From the NCBI RefSeq assembly GCF_009914755.1, contig NC_060927.1: DNA of 64,000 nucleotides, one strand, 5' to 3'. This stretch comes from the human T2T-CHM13v2.0 reference genome, Homo sapiens. The notes beneath the pieces were generated by a model. The model was not told where the DNA came from. It saw only the letters and a list, made by a program, of their open reading frames with translations, and searched no databases. A program made the translations under genes and the position numbers. Shown in pieces: positions 1 to 15,520 of this stretch. Every line of letters starts with the position of its first letter. The first letter of the stretch is position 1.

Positions 1-59
1 TATGTGATTGTTAGATGGCGGTAACAGAGAATAGGAAAGGAAGAAACAAGATGAAGAGA

Positions 60-215
60 AAGAGAAGTCCAGCTTAATACATATGAAATTTGACATACCC
101 AAGTAACATACATTTGTAGATGTCCAGTAGGCAACTGGAATGTTTAAGTTTGAGGTCTGAGTTCTAGACTGGGGATCAAAATTTGGGAATCATTAGCAAT
201 GAAATCATAGATTGG
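60..215 (-). mobile_element. L2 LINE fragment
   Basis: GTAGATGTCCAGTAGGCAACTGGA and CTAGACTGGGGATCAAAATTTGGGAATCATTAGC resemble the antisense L2 ORF2/3' region; boundaries approximate. Confidence 0.6.
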
Positions 216-763
216 TTTGTTATCAAGTATTGATTGTAGGTATAGGGTTAGAGAAATTGAGACTATCTGAATCCCTGGAAAAAACTTTCCGGATAGAGTA
301 AGAGATTCCCCCAGAAAGGAAAATAAGTGACATAAAGGTGGAAAAAATAAAATAATAAGTGTTATCACAGAAAGTATAGGAAAAAGCTTCTTAAGTCCAC
401 TAATGTTTATATTTAAAAAGAACTAGGATAAGATAGACAATAGTGCTATTTGAACAATAATTCACAACCATATCTGTTAGTATCATCTGGAGACCTTCTT
501 TAAAAATCAAGTAATAACTGGATTATGTCTAATAAATCGGAATGCCTGAGTAGCAGGTAATAGTGGTCCCTTTTTTAAAGCTCTCTGATGATTCTGATGC
601 AGAGTAAAAGTAAAGATCTACTGAGATAGAGTTATTTGACCGTTTGTTTCATATATTATATGCAATAGGATAAGCATAAATGAAGTAAGATTAAGTTGCA
701 TGTGGCAATAAAATTTAGATAGTGCCATTACTATGCAAGTGTAGGGAATATCAGCCAGCTATA

Positions 764-1312
764 TGTGGTGGATTGCAAAAAAAAAAAAAAAGAAAAAAGG
801 AATTTATTTTAGAAATCCCACTTAACTCTGTATGTACTCTCATTTGCAATTTGACTTTGTTGCTCCTGTCTCAAGAGGTACAGTCTGTTTCTCTACCTCC
901 ATAATTTGGGCTGGCTCTGTGACTTGCCTTGACCAATGCTATTTCAGAATTTCTGAGCCTAGGCCTAAAGAGAGCTTGCAGCTTTTGTTCTCATTTTCTT
1001 GCTTCCCTGAGATCACAGACTCTAAAGAAACCAAGGTTACTTTCCTTAAGGGTGAGAGGCTGTGTAAAGAGAGAAAGGGGACTTGCTGACAGCCAGTACC
1101 ATGTGATTGAGGCGACCTTGGACAATCTAGCACTAATTGAACAATCAGGTAACTGTGAACACATCACTGACCCCAAGAAAGATAAGCAGAGAAGCCTCCT
1201 TTCTTAGCACAGCCCACCTAAACCCACAGAATTGTGAACAAATAAAATGGTTGTTGTTTAAACCACCAAGTCTTGGGGTGGTTGTTATGCAGCAATACAC
1301 AGCTGACATACT
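764..1312 (+). mobile_element. MLT1H-like ERVL-MaLR solo LTR
   Basis: Starts TGTGGTGGATTGCAAAAA; contains GGGCTGGCTCTGTGACTTGCCTTGACCAAT; ends with the MLT1 3' motif AATAAAATGGTTGTTGTTTAAAACCACCAAGTCTTGGGGTGGTTGTTATGCAGCAATA. Confidence 0.8.
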
Positions 1313-1659
1313 GACATAAGAAACAATTACCCATCTTTAGATGTAACTGATGAAGCAGTCAATTATAAATGCTTTTGTCTATAGATAATTTTGACATTTC
1401 CTGAGAAATCTATTTTAAGTCTCCCTTCACCACATAAACCTTTTATAAGCACTGTATCTGAAACATAGGAGTATTGTAGACTACTGTTTAGAAATATTTA
1501 ATTATTCAATTTGGTGCACTATCTAATGATTTGTCCTCCCAACTTCATTTCCCACCTCTTACTTTGGGTATGTTATTCAAAGAAAACAGCCAGAGATGGT
1601 CTGTTACTCTTGCTGCTGCTATTGTTACCATTCCTTTTGCTACCAGTATAGTAATTGAA

Positions 1660-2180
<521 letters not shown>

Positions 2181-4308
2181 CTAACTAGTTTTAAAAGTCC
2201 TTTAGGTCTATATTGAAAGCATTTTCATAACATGCTCCCAAAGTTTTCATTTGTGAATTTTCTCAAAGAAAGAGACCTTTGGGCCACTGGTTTTTAAATA
2301 AGGAAAGAAAATTACTATTCTTTGAGGGCCTGCTAATGTGCCCAGCAATTCATCCGTATCATCTAAAATAATCCTCACAGTCCTCCTACATGATACATAT
2401 CATCTCCACTTTTATGCCACATAAAATAGGGAGATTAAATAATTTCCCGAAGGTTATATGACCTGGAACTGGTATGGCTCTGACTGTAACACAGGTCTAT
2501 GGGGCCCTAAGCCTCAAATTCTTTTTATTATGCTACTTTGGCTTTTTCTTTGAATTTATATCCAGTGGTGAACTTCATTTTATTTCCCAGAGACCTAGTT
2601 CTCCCATCCAGGAGAAACTGCTAGCAGGTATTCCATCCTTCATGTTATCTTAAATGTCATTGTCTCAGGTAAGTCTTTTCTGATCTCCTAGATTAGCGTA
2701 CTTTCCTGTTATACAGATCCAAGGGACCTCTTTTTTCCCTTCTGTAACACTCCTCTTACTTTTAATATTTTCTATTTTTATCTCCTCAACTAAGTGCGAA
2801 TTCCCATAAAGATGAGGATATTTTGTAATCTGCACCATTAAAATTTCAGCCCTAGTACAGAGGCTGATAAAGAGCAATCTCTCAATAAATAATTTTGTGA
2901 ATTAATTCATGAACTTTTAGGCTATGGACAAGCCTGGGGAAATGACATTTGTATATTTAAATTTATTGTAACTAAAATCCCATAATACAGTAAGAAAATT
3001 TTGATAATAAGAGCAGAATAAATACAGCTTTGAGATAGGACAACACCTTCAGGATACGGAGGCCATGATAATGTAAAATTCTCCCTGCTTCATTAAAAGT
3101 CTGTGATGGAGCCCATTGAAATCTTACCCTTGATGGCTTTTTCCTCATTGTGCTCTCAAAGTGGAGTCTTAGGCCACTGCACTCTAGGAGTCTAGCATTG
3201 ATTACAGGTTTGTTTCCATGGACACCAATCAGTAGCAGAAGACAGAAAATAAAGAAGACCTAAACATAAAGCATTGATATCATATTATACTCTTCATAAA
3301 ATAGAATCAAGGAAAAGTACATAATTGAAATCAAGGTAAGAAAAATATGTCATGTGTCTTGGATCAAAACAGCAAGTCAGATGTTGAGCTGATTAAAATC
3401 AACTTGAGTTCTTTTGTCATTTCTTTCTCTTCAAGCTTTTTGGAAAGTTCTAATATTTAAATAAATAGGTGAGATTTATGTCTCTTAATGGTTAATTCTA
3501 GTGACCATATAGATGAATAATTTTTTTTGGAGGAGATAACCCTTAAAGGATGACTTAGAACCAGGTAGATAAAAAATGAGATTGATTGTATTATTCAGTT
3601 TCATACAGGAACATTAACACAGCATAAAGCCAATCCCAAGACTACATTTCAATGCACTTGGAAATAATTATTTCAAATAAATACATACATGTGAAAATAA
3701 AATCTATGTAAATCTATGTAAATGGATGGTTATAGTGAATTAGTATGTAACATTACTGAGTAGATTGCTCAGGGTTTCATTAAATAAAAACAGACTAAAG
3801 ACCTGGATTAGCAAGAAAAAGCTCTTTTGCTCTATTTCAGTTGCTTTAGGTTGTTAATCTGGTCCAAGATGATCAACTTCTCATTAATTATAATAATTAG
3901 AAGTAGATTTACTGAGCATTAGTGTAATTTTCAATCATGCTAATAGTTGTGCTATCCTCTATTCATTAATATAAATGAGGTAAATTAGAACCATGACATT
4001 ATAAAGAAGAGACAGAAGCTGTGGGAAGTTCAGTGGATCCTCCCTAAACCCCATTAATTTAATTGTAATATGTTGTTCTTCAATACATCTTTCACTCTAT
4101 TTTCCGTTGCTAATGGTTCTTCAGATTGGTTAATGAGCATACTAGGCTCTTAATTTAAGTGACTGCTATGATATGGTCTAAATCATACATATTTATATGG
4201 TCTCATTAACCCTTTCTCACATGTTCAATCAATAAGCATTTATGGAGTAGTCACTCAGGCAATTTGAAATTATACATATCAGCACAACACATAAGAAAGG
4301 AGTGGCAT

Positions 4309-4660
4309 TGTATTAGTCTGTATTCATGCAGCAGATGAGGCATACCTGAGACTGGAAAGAAAAAGAGGTTTAATTGGACTTACAGGTCCACATGGCTGGG
4401 GAGGGCTTAGAATCGTGGTGGGAGGTGAAAGGCATTTCTTACATGGTGGTGGCAAGAGAAAAATGAGGAAGAAGGAAAAGCAGCAAGCCCGATAAACCCA
4501 TCAGATCTCGTGAGACTTAATCACTATCACGAGAATAGCAGGGGGAAAGACTGGCCCCCATAATTCAATTACCTCCTCCTGGGTTCCTCCCAAAACGTGG
4601 GAATTCTGGGAGATACAATCCAAGTTGAGATTTGGATGGGGAGACAGCCAAACCATATTG
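4309..4660 (-). mobile_element. THE1 (THE1C-like) ERVL-MaLR solo LTR
   Basis: TGTATTAGTC start, CCCATCAGATCTCGTGAGACTT, CAGCCAAACCATAT end; 5-bp TSD GGCAT at 4304-4308 and 4661-4665. Confidence 0.92.
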
Positions 4661-5067
4661 GGCATCTCCTGTTTTCCAAGAGATCACAGTCCAGAAGATA
4701 TTGTGGATTGGATTGATATTGTTAAAAGTATGAAAGCAATTTCAAAGTAAAAATTTCTTTCTTCGTGGTGTCCTTAAGCATTTGCTTTCTATCTTAAAGA
4801 TGCCAAAATAAGTTCCCTTCTTCACCTTTTATATTTGTTTAGACATTCCCAGAAAGGCCTTTCCTGAAAACACTACCTAAATTAGGTACCCCTTTTATGG
4901 TCTTTACAGATTTCCTTCAGTCTCAACTTCCTGTCCTTCTGGTATTGGGCAGAAATCTTTCTCAAATTAAATTTTATGTCTTGCTTTTAAGAAACTGCAC
5001 AAAGAGCAGGGGCTTCTTGTACCTTCCCTTTTTTAGGTGCCTTCAACTCAAACAGTCAGTATGCTAG

Positions 5068-5424
<357 letters not shown>

Positions 5425-5703
5425 TAACATACTAAATTTGAGTGGTGTCAGCCTCTTTATCCTGCCCATGAACACCCTACCTCATTGGTCACAGTCACCG
5501 CCCCTCCATATTTTCTTACTCACAGAAACTTTTCATTCATTGAACTGTCTAGCCCCATAGGCCTTAAGTTTGTGATGCCTAATCTAGAGACCAGTTCAGT
5601 ATTATAAGTTAATCAGTTTTATGAGGGAAATAGAATCTAAGGTTCAAGATTTATTGTCTTTCAGTTTGTTAAACCTACCATTATTTTTTCTTGTGCTAAA
5701 GAA

Positions 5704-6460
<757 letters not shown>

Positions 6461-6975
6461 CTAGAAGGCATATAGCACTGTTTTTAACCTCCATTATGGC
6501 ACTGTTTTGTAGTTTGGTAATTTACACACTGGCTTTATCTTCATTATAAAGGTATAAGTATCTTTAGGGCAAAAATTATAGCTCAGTGTCCTTTATGGCA
6601 TACGTTTTTAAAGAAGTAATTATTTGATAACACAAAACCAAAACATTTTCAATTTTAAAACACTCACTGGTTCATTCTGCTTGTATTTCAACATGAAAGA
6701 AGAATGAGTGAAACAATTATTTTTGTTTTAGAAGAAAGAATTTTGGTTAAATTAAGATGTTGCGATAAACACTATATGGTTTAGTCAGTCTTATTAAAAT
6801 TGAGGTTAATCTCAGATTCCAATGAGTTGCATGTGTTTATATCCATTTTATTTTTATGTGGTTATTTTATATAAGATAATATTATAGCTCTAATTGATAT
6901 TTGTTATTAAGATATCTAGATGTTGAAAGTTTATTTCATTGTATTTATAGGAACAAATGTTATTAAGTTAACACA

Positions 6976-7307
6976 AAGTCATGCCTTGTTTAACAACAGA
7001 GATATTTTCCGAGAAATGCATTGTTAGGCAGTTCCGTCATTGTGCAAACATCATAGAGTGTACTTTCCGAAACCTAGATGGCATAGCCTACTACATACCT
7101 AAGGTATGCGGTATAGCCTGTTCCTCCTGTGGTACAGACCTGTACAGCATGTTATGGCACTGAATACTGTAGACAATTTTAATATAATGGTAACTATTTA
7201 TGTATCTAGACATAGAAAAGTTACAGTAAAAATAGGATATTACAATTTTATGGGACCGCCATCAAATATGTGGTCCATTGAAACATCATCATGTGGCATA
7301 TGATTGT
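6976..7307 (+). mobile_element. Tigger3a (MER7) non-autonomous DNA transposon
   Basis: Matches recalled consensus GAGAAATGCATTGTTAGGC...CATCATAGAGTGTACT...AAACCTAGATGGCATAGCCTACTAC; ends AGTCATGC / GCATATGATTG followed by TA. Confidence 0.88.
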
Positions 7308-7814
7308 ATATCTCTTTTGCCAAGTTGAAAAACTTGTTTCAGGTTTAATTTTGCACTGCACAAACCAAAATAGAAATGATATAACCTGTATCTATGTAAA
7401 TTGGACCACCCAGTGGATTTTTCTACAGTGACACATTAAAAATAGTATTGAAACTTTGTAAGTATTAACATACATTTGATTTTTGTCACTGATCCAACTT
7501 TGCTGAAGCATTGCTTTAAGAGCATAGCAATAACTATTGAATTTCATGTCAATCAAGTGTATACATTTTCATTACTGGTATTTTGCAGGGTTATTTATAA
7601 AATAACTTTCCCACAGCTGAAGGTGTCAGTGTTTTAAAACTGTCCGGTTAAACTCGCAGCACTTGAAGGATAAACACCCTTTAGTGGTGTGCTGTAAGGA
7701 AAACTCTATGACTTTTAGAGTGAGACTTATACAATTTTCTTTTAATTGTTTTAATTTGCTCATTTGTCCAATAAATTTTTTGAAATTTATCAAGGCATCC
7801 CAGGTACAAGCAAT

Positions 7815-7985
7815 GCTTCTTATTTGCTGTGGAACTTAGGTAAGTCACCGAACATTTAATGGGCCTTGGTTTTACCTATTAAGTAGACATGTTAATACTT
7901 TTCATGTCAACTAAGGATATTAAATGAGATAGTGTTGTGAAAGCTCTTAAAACAGGGACAGGCACATAGTAGGAATTCCACCAAT
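7815..7985 (+). mobile_element. MIR SINE fragment
   Basis: TTATTTGCTGTGGAACTTAGGTAAGTCAC ... TTAAATGAGATAGTG ... GGCACATAGTAGG. Confidence 0.6.
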
Positions 7986-8805
7986 GATTATTTTTCCTTC
8001 CATTCTGGCTCCTAGAATGTATGCTACTACATGGTGATTGTTTGGAATTTAAATTATAGTAACAGAAAAGTTGGAAGATGCTTGAAAATGGAGCTGATAT
8101 AATCAGGAGATATAATTGTTCAATTGTATAACATTTATTTAATTTTACTCACAGGCTTTCCTCGGTCATTGCAGCTATTGATAGGGTGGGTGGTGGGAGA
8201 CAGAGAGAAAGAGAAAGAGGGAGAGAGAGGCAAAATATTGGAAGTATATTGGCATTATTTTTCTTGTGATTTTTATGATGTGGTTATATGTCTAATCAGG
8301 TTTCAGGGATGATAGTTTTTTGCTTTTTTTAAAGACAATTCAATTTTCAAAAAAGACTATTTTTGAAATTTTGCTAATTTGGGGAATTACAGAAACTTTT
8401 CTTTACAGTCAATTTGTTTTTAATGAATTAATTGCCCTTTAAAGTAAAATTATTTGCCAGTTTCTTTCAGAGCTGATGCACTAGCATCAGGTTGCCATCT
8501 GTCTTTACTTAATATAGGAATTATGCCATAGTACAGAGCTAGGGAAACAGACTGTGCACCAGCATATTGGATCCTGTTCCCACTGTCTTCCCTGAGTGAC
8601 TTAACAACTCTGTAAAGCTGACTTGACATCTTTCTGCTTCTGTCATTCCCTTGGCTATATTAGATTAATAATGATTCTTGACTATGATAGTAATTATGTT
8701 ATTAGGAGAACTAATAACTTCCATTAAGTGTTCATTGGGAAGAAGTCCTAAAAGACATCCATAATAGCTACACTACTTCCAGTCATATTACAAATAAGAC
8801 AGAAT

Positions 8806-9476
8806 TGTCATGGCAGGCAGAATTCTAAAGTGGTTCCCAAGATTTCCATCTCCTGGTGTGCATACCTTGTATAGGTTGATGCAAAAATAATTTTTTTCCA
8901 TTATTTTTAATGACAAAAACCACAATTACTTTTGCACCAACCTAAAATAATAACCCCGCCGCCCCCCCACCTACCTTGAGTGTGGGCAGAACTTGTGAAT
9001 TTGGTGGGATAGTTATGCCTTTTATTAAATTATTGTATATAACAAATGGTGATGGGCTAGTTGCTGTGATTGTATTATATTACCTGGAAAGAGTCTTTCC
9101 TTCTGTCCTGGAAGAACACGTTCAACCATGTTATGAGTTGACTCTTGGAGCCATGTGGTAAGAAACTGTGGGTGACTACTTACTGAGAGCAATCACTGGC
9201 TGACAGCTAGCAAAACATTGAAGACCTCAGTCCTACAACCACAAGGAACTAAATTCTGCCAATAAGCTGAATGAGCTTAGAAGAGGACTCCTAAGTCCAA
9301 ATGAGAAACTTAGTGTGTCTAACACCTTGATTTTAAATTTGTGAGCTTCTGAGGGATCAGGCTATACAAAGCTTAAACTTTTGACTCACTGAAACTGAGA
9401 TAATAAGTGTTTGTTGTTTTATGCTGCTAAGTCTGTGGTAATGTGTTATGCAACAACAACAAAAAACCCAAATACA
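8806..9476 (+). mobile_element. MLT1E/F-like solo LTR interrupted by MADE1
   Basis: GGCAGGCAGAATTCTAAAGTGGTTCCCAAGATTTCC start; CCTCAGTCCTACAACCACAAGGAACTAAATTCTGCCAA; GCTAAGTCTGTGGTAATGTGTTATGCA...AATACA end. Confidence 0.85.
8872..8945. mobile_element. MADE1 (Hsmar1-derived palindromic MITE)
   Basis: TAGGTTGATGCAAAAATAATT...AAAACCACAATTACTTTTGCACCAACCTAA mariner inverted repeats at a TA site. Confidence 0.92.
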
Positions 9477-10502
9477 ATTATGTACTATAAATGCAATAGA
9501 CATAGGTAATTCCATATTTTCATACTTAATTTGATTCATTATTTTACAATTAATATACTATAAAATATGAAAAGAAGAACTTTTTTTTCTGTTTAGAAAG
9601 ATTTGAAAGCAGTTTTGCAAAATGATTAGTTACATTTCCTTAAAACTATCTTATAGATTTTAATCATAATTTAATCAGGATGTTTAAATATTTTATGAAG
9701 TACTGGAAAAAATTGTCTATAGTCCTCATAGTATTGAACTTATATGCCATTTTTAAGCTATTTTAAGTACACATAAGTAAAACAAGTATTTGTTTTAGTA
9801 GAAGTCCAATTTGTTTAATGTGTCTTCTTGTATGTATTTATTATGTTTCTGGAAGAGAGCTATGAGGAAGTAGCATTTCCTATGTGTTTGCCTTGATTCA
9901 GTGACTGAAGTACCACTGGTTATAAAAGCAGCTTCTTAAGCTGAAAATTACCATACAGTTTAATTTAATAGAATATGATACTAATACAATCAAGCCTTGA
10001 AGTGTGTGCCAGTTATATTTGCTGCACTCTGCAGGATGCAAGTGCTTGGGTAGATACACCCAAACTCATTCTCTGCTTTAGAGAAACTACCATCAAATAC
10101 ATTCATCAAACAGCATGTCAGGAGAATAGTCCATAGTAAAGTATAGCAAAATATTGTTAGAGACCCACAGAAATTCATTATGTGATACTGAAACATTTTA
10201 ATTTCTTTTCCAGTACCAATGATGACATAAATATAAGTAGATATTAAGATTTTCAGCTTCTCACTTCAATCAAATTCTAGGATGTGGCAAGGGTCCTTGA
10301 AGGGCCCATTACATATTGCTTCCGTATGTTTGGAGACTTCATCTAGTTCCCAGATGTGAAAATTACCAGAATCTTGGGGCAGCTAGCCAGAAAATGTCTG
10401 CATTAATAATTATATTCTGGAGATCAAGTAGGTATGTGTGAGATGGTGGGCAATTTTATAGACAACCCAGTGGATTCTAAGGCCAAATAGGATGTAAAAA
10501 TA

Positions 10503-10676
10503 TGACATTTTGGAGGACACTGTGCTAAATGAAATAAGCCAGGCCCAGAAAGGCAAGTACTACATGACCTCCCATGTCTGTGAAATCCAAAAATGTTGAA
10601 CTCATAGAAGTAGAGTAGAATGGTGGTTTCCGGGGGCTGGAGGCAGGCATTAGAAAAATAGAGAGATGCTGGTTAG
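10503..10676 (+). mobile_element. L1M (L1MA/MB-type) 3' fragment
   Basis: GCTAAATGAAATAAGCCAGGCCCAGAAAGGCAAGTAC...GAACTCATAGAAGTAGAGTAGAATGGTGGTT. Confidence 0.8.
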
Positions 10677-10832
10677 GCACCCCACACCACGCCCAGCTAA
10701 TTTTTGTATTCTTAGTAGAGACAGGGTTGTGCCATGTTGGCCAGGCTGGTCTCAAACTCCTGACCTCAGGTGATCCACCCACCTCGGCCTCCCAAAGTAC
10801 TGCGATTACAGGCATGAGCCACTGCGGCCGAC
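10677..10832 (-). mobile_element. AluS left arm only (right arm and tail missing)
   Basis: CCACGCCCAGCTAATTTTTGTATT...GAGCCACTGCGGCCGACC with no poly(T), abutting the L1 fragment. Confidence 0.9.
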
Positions 10833-11389
10833 CTAGATGTGTAACCTTTTTAAAGTGACTTCACCTTTTTCTGCTTCAAATTCTTCACTATAAATTAGTG
10901 TGGTTGAAAAGATTTGTAAAAATTTTGTACAAAATGCTTTTCCAAAGTAATTTCCAGTGCAGAGAATTTCAGCTTGATTTAAGGCTATTAGGTCTTCTTT
11001 TAAGATGATGTCTTTTAGTTAACTCCAATATATAATATAAAAGGCCTGTTACCTGCCCCAGCTTTCTTCCTTCCATACCAGGATGGAACCCCAGGGGATC
11101 TAAGGAAGGTAGTTGAAAAATAGTGGCCCTGGATAATCCAGTTTTACAAAGATAATACTTATCACCTATAAACAGGGATGACATTTAAAAATATTTAACC
11201 ACAAATTGAGCATAAACACTGACTACACAGAATATGTGCCAGCTCTAAATATCCCAGAAAACTGTCCTGGGGACTGGGGCCAAAATTCAATGCTGCCTAT
11301 AATCAAGGATTTCACTTTTGGAATATTATAATCTTTTTATAATATATGTTCAAAATGTTAGATTTCTAAAAATATTGAGGTTCAAAGAA

Positions 11390-11600
11390 AGTTTATTTAA
11401 CAGTTATACAGTCTAAGTGTGTGCCAAACCCTGTTCTAAATGCTTTCTGTGCACCTCACAACCAGGAGGAAACAAGCGTAGAAAAATCTGAAGCACAGAG
11501 AGGTGAATAAACTCAGACAAGGACACACTGGCAGGTGGGGAGTCAAGATTCTAACCAGGAAGTTTGCTCTTAAGTCTGGGCTCTTAGCACTATGCCAACC
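11390..11600 (-). mobile_element. MIR SINE fragment
   Basis: GTGTGCCAAACCCTGTTCTAAATGCTTT ... CTGAAGCACAGAGAGGTGAA ... CAAGGACACAC. Confidence 0.6.
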
Positions 11601-12478
11601 TAGGCCTTACTATCAAGCGTGACAATGTGTTTAGAAAACATGGTGGAGTTGAAACATTTTAAGTTGATATTTTCTTTCTTTCTCTTCAGTGTACATATGA
11701 TTTTAAGTTATTTAGTTGGTTTTAATGTCAGTTTTTAATTTATGTATTCATGGTTGAAAGGCTTGAAGAAAGGCCTAGAGGCTAGCTGGTGAATCTCAAC
11801 AGAAGCATAATAATTTGTTCAGTCCTCACTCTTTTTTATAATATAATTTATTAAAAGAGATGTTTGCTGTTAGAGATTCACAGCTAACAGAATGCCTATC
11901 ACAAGGTATGGAATGTCATTTCCTAATTGCCACTCTATAGATATACTTGGTACTTGGCAATGGACAGGAGAAATCTGTTAATTTTGATTAATCATGCCCT
12001 TTTAATACTTACTATATGTTTTCCGAATAATAACAAAATATTCATTATCGTGAAAAACTTTGGAAGGTGAATTTATTTTCCAAATGTGGCTGAGGTAAAA
12101 CTCTGAACAATTATTAGTAGTACTTAAATGTGATTAAACATAAATTATAAATCGTCCTAGAATATTGTTAAAACATATTATATCAACTAATTCAAATTAC
12201 ATTTTAGAGTCCAAGAGAATTAAGAAGAGCCCAAGAAATGATATAGTAGTTTCCTTGGAGGCACTTGTGTTTAATGTATTTTATGTAGGCAAATATCTAA
12301 TTTATTTTAAAAAGCAATATTAACCAGAAAATATCTGGTGATAAATAATTTCACAGGAAATAATTCACAAGGATGACTGGAATATTTTTTCTCTTTTTTA
12401 AATTTATTTTTGGGTGAAAGGAGCCAGGAAGGAGTGATTATTGTCTCTCAGAAAAGATGTTGCCTATTTAATCCATAA

Positions 12479-13014
<536 letters not shown>

Positions 13015-13269
13015 CATTTTGTTTCTTTCTTATATAAGCATTTCTTTTCTAATTATCTAAAATACAGAATTATTTACTAATCAATTTTAGTCAATTTAAA
13101 TATATTTTTATTACCTAAAAAACAGAAAAATATTGCAAATTAACTGAATAGGAATAGTATTATAGAGTATTATCTATATAATTTTGTCAAAAATGCTTCT
13201 CTTACTATTAAATAGAAATATTTCTGGCATTTGGGATTCTATAAATCTTAAGCAATGTTCTGCCTTTGA

Positions 13270-13745
13270 TTTTCAACCATATCGATCACTTTACATCCCT
13301 GATGAAAATCTTTCAATGACTCCCCATTACCACCATGATAATGTCTAAACTCTTCACATCCCCAAAAGCCCTTTATGATTTGACTTCTTGTGACCACTTT
13401 GACCTTCTGTATTGTCACTCTCATGTTGCTTGGGCCAGGCCTACTCTCTCTTACCTGAGCCCACAGCCTACAATGCCTCTCTCACCTTTTCACCTCTTTC
13501 TCCGTTTACATGCTGCCTCCTTCTGGAGGCCACCTCTGATCTCCCTATCTTAGAATGTCCTTTGCATAGCACATATTATGCCATGTTATAATTCCTATTT
13601 AATTATCTGCCTCTTCAGCAGATCTGTAAAATTTTTGAAGGCAGAGACTATTTTATTCATCATTATATTCCCATAACCTGCTATGATACATGCCTCCCAT
13701 ATTGGAGGCATTTGATGAGTATTTGTTGATTGAATGCATGAATAT
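13270..13745 (+). mobile_element. L2 LINE 3' fragment
   Basis: TCAATGACTCCCCATTACC...TCTAAACTC; TTTGAAGGCAGAGACTA; terminal GAGTATTTGTTGATTGAATGCATGAAT. Confidence 0.7.
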
Positions 13746-13763
13746 TAAAATGGTAATTATAGA

Positions 13764-13930
13764 GGAAGGTGGAGTGGTATGCCCCTATAGTCCCAGCTGC
13801 TGCAGAGGCTGAGCCAGGAAGATCACTTGAACCCAGGAGTTTGAGGCTGCAGTCTGCTATGATCAAGCCTGTGAATACCCATTGCACTGCATCCTGGGAA
13901 ACATAGTGAGAATTGGCCTCTATAAAAATA
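13764..13930 (+). mobile_element. FAM/FRAM fossil Alu monomer (7SL-derived)
   Basis: Single monomer with CCCAGGAGTTTGAGGCTGCAGT and the 7SL-type segment GCCTGTGAATACCCATTGCACT. Confidence 0.8.
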
Positions 13931-15074
13931 ATTATAATAGTAACCCAAAGCATTCAGGAATCATGAAATATTTTCCGAATCAAAAAGAAAGATCAAGGTA
14001 TTATAAGTATAATTTTAATATGTGTATCATTCGTCTATTCATAAATATACTAATTAATGTTTATGCTAAATTTAATGACTTTTTAAATTAGAATATTTGT
14101 TTTATGAAATAAGAGATTTTTAATTATAATACATAGGGCTAACAAATATATTGATAGGGACCTATTTTTCTGTGTATTATACTTGTTCGATATGCTATAA
14201 ATAACTGTTCCTCACTTGATTATTGATTTAGTATATGTCTTATATTCTCAAATTATTTATTTGAACAGTTCTAATTACATCTATTGTATCTTCAAAATTG
14301 CATTTTTAAGAAGCTGCAGTTCTGACAGCTTAGTGGAAAATGTGCTGATATGAAAATATATTCAAAACTGAAGATTTGTTTGAACATTGTATTTATTAGC
14401 TCATAAAAGATAAAAATAAAGCCCTAGGGTAAATTCTAGTTTCTGTAAACAAACCTTAAATTATGAAAATAAAACCTTACTTTTCTCTTAAAATATTCAA
14501 AACATTAAAATAGTAAGAGAAAGTTAAGTCGGTTTTCCCCCTACTCGTTGAGACTACACAATTCACTTGCTTTTCCTCTAAATTAATACATTATTATTTT
14601 AAAATACTGCTGCATTTAAGTATACTCATGAATCATATTATTCTTCAAGTAATTCAGAAGTCAGAAGAGAACTCTAAGCTTAGTCACTGAGCATTATAAA
14701 TACGGACATACTCATAATTAAGTATGTGAGTGTAATCTTTATAAACCCCAACATTTTTAAAAGTATTTTAAGTGGCTTCAGAACAGTTAAAAAGTTAATA
14801 TGTGGCCATGTAATTCATAGTAACAAATCAAACATGGGCCAAAGATTTTGTGTCATGTTTTCTGGTAGCATACATGGGAAAATTTCTATTTCTTCAAAGA
14901 GAAACCGCCAAAAGGTGGTACTTGGTTCTGAAAGAGTATTTTGCAGAAGTGTTCATATAGAGTTTAATAAATAATGTAATAAATAATGTTCTCTACATAT
15001 ATCAAATGTAAATATACTATCAGTTTTTAGGCTTTTAATAATGAAAGCTGAGAGTCTGCGTCGCTTCGGATCAT

Positions 15075-15520
15075 GATAAAAAAACCCCAAAATGACCATG
15101 ACTTAAAATATTTTTTTTCTTATCTGTAAAAAGTTCTGAAATTAGGCAGTACAGTGTCAGTTGGTGACTCCATAAATATTTCCAGTACTCACCTACCTTT
15201 TGTTTCTTTCCATACCATGCCTAAGATGTGGCCCTCATCCTCATAGCCCAATATGACTACTAGAGCACCAGCCATCAGATCTAATTTCCAGGTAAAATGG
15301 TGAAAGAAAGGCCGAAAAGAGCGGCTCCTCCCTGCTTCCTTTACGGACACTTTCTGAAGTCACAAAAGCACTTTTATTTAACATCATTTGCTGAAACTTA
15401 AGAATACGGTCACAACTAACTTCAAGGAAAGCTAGCAAGTCTAGATTTTTAGTCAAAATTTTGTCAATAGAAAGGAAAGGGGGAATGTGCTCCGATAGTG
15501 ACTGGCAGTGTCTACAACAT
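15075..15520 (-). mobile_element. old MLT1 (J/K-like) LTR
   Basis: CAATATGACTACTAGAGCACCAGCCATCAGATC, GGTCACAACTAACTTCAAGGAAAGCTAGCAAGTCTAG; boundaries approximate. Confidence 0.6.

Noticed and set aside
11670-11910. Strong acceptor at 11689 and donor AAG|GTATGG at 11905
   Set aside because: Enclosed sequence is AT-rich and intron-like with stops; chance splice-like motifs are common
13764-13930. 7SL RNA gene
   Set aside because: Lacks the S domain and is highly diverged; fossil Alu monomer
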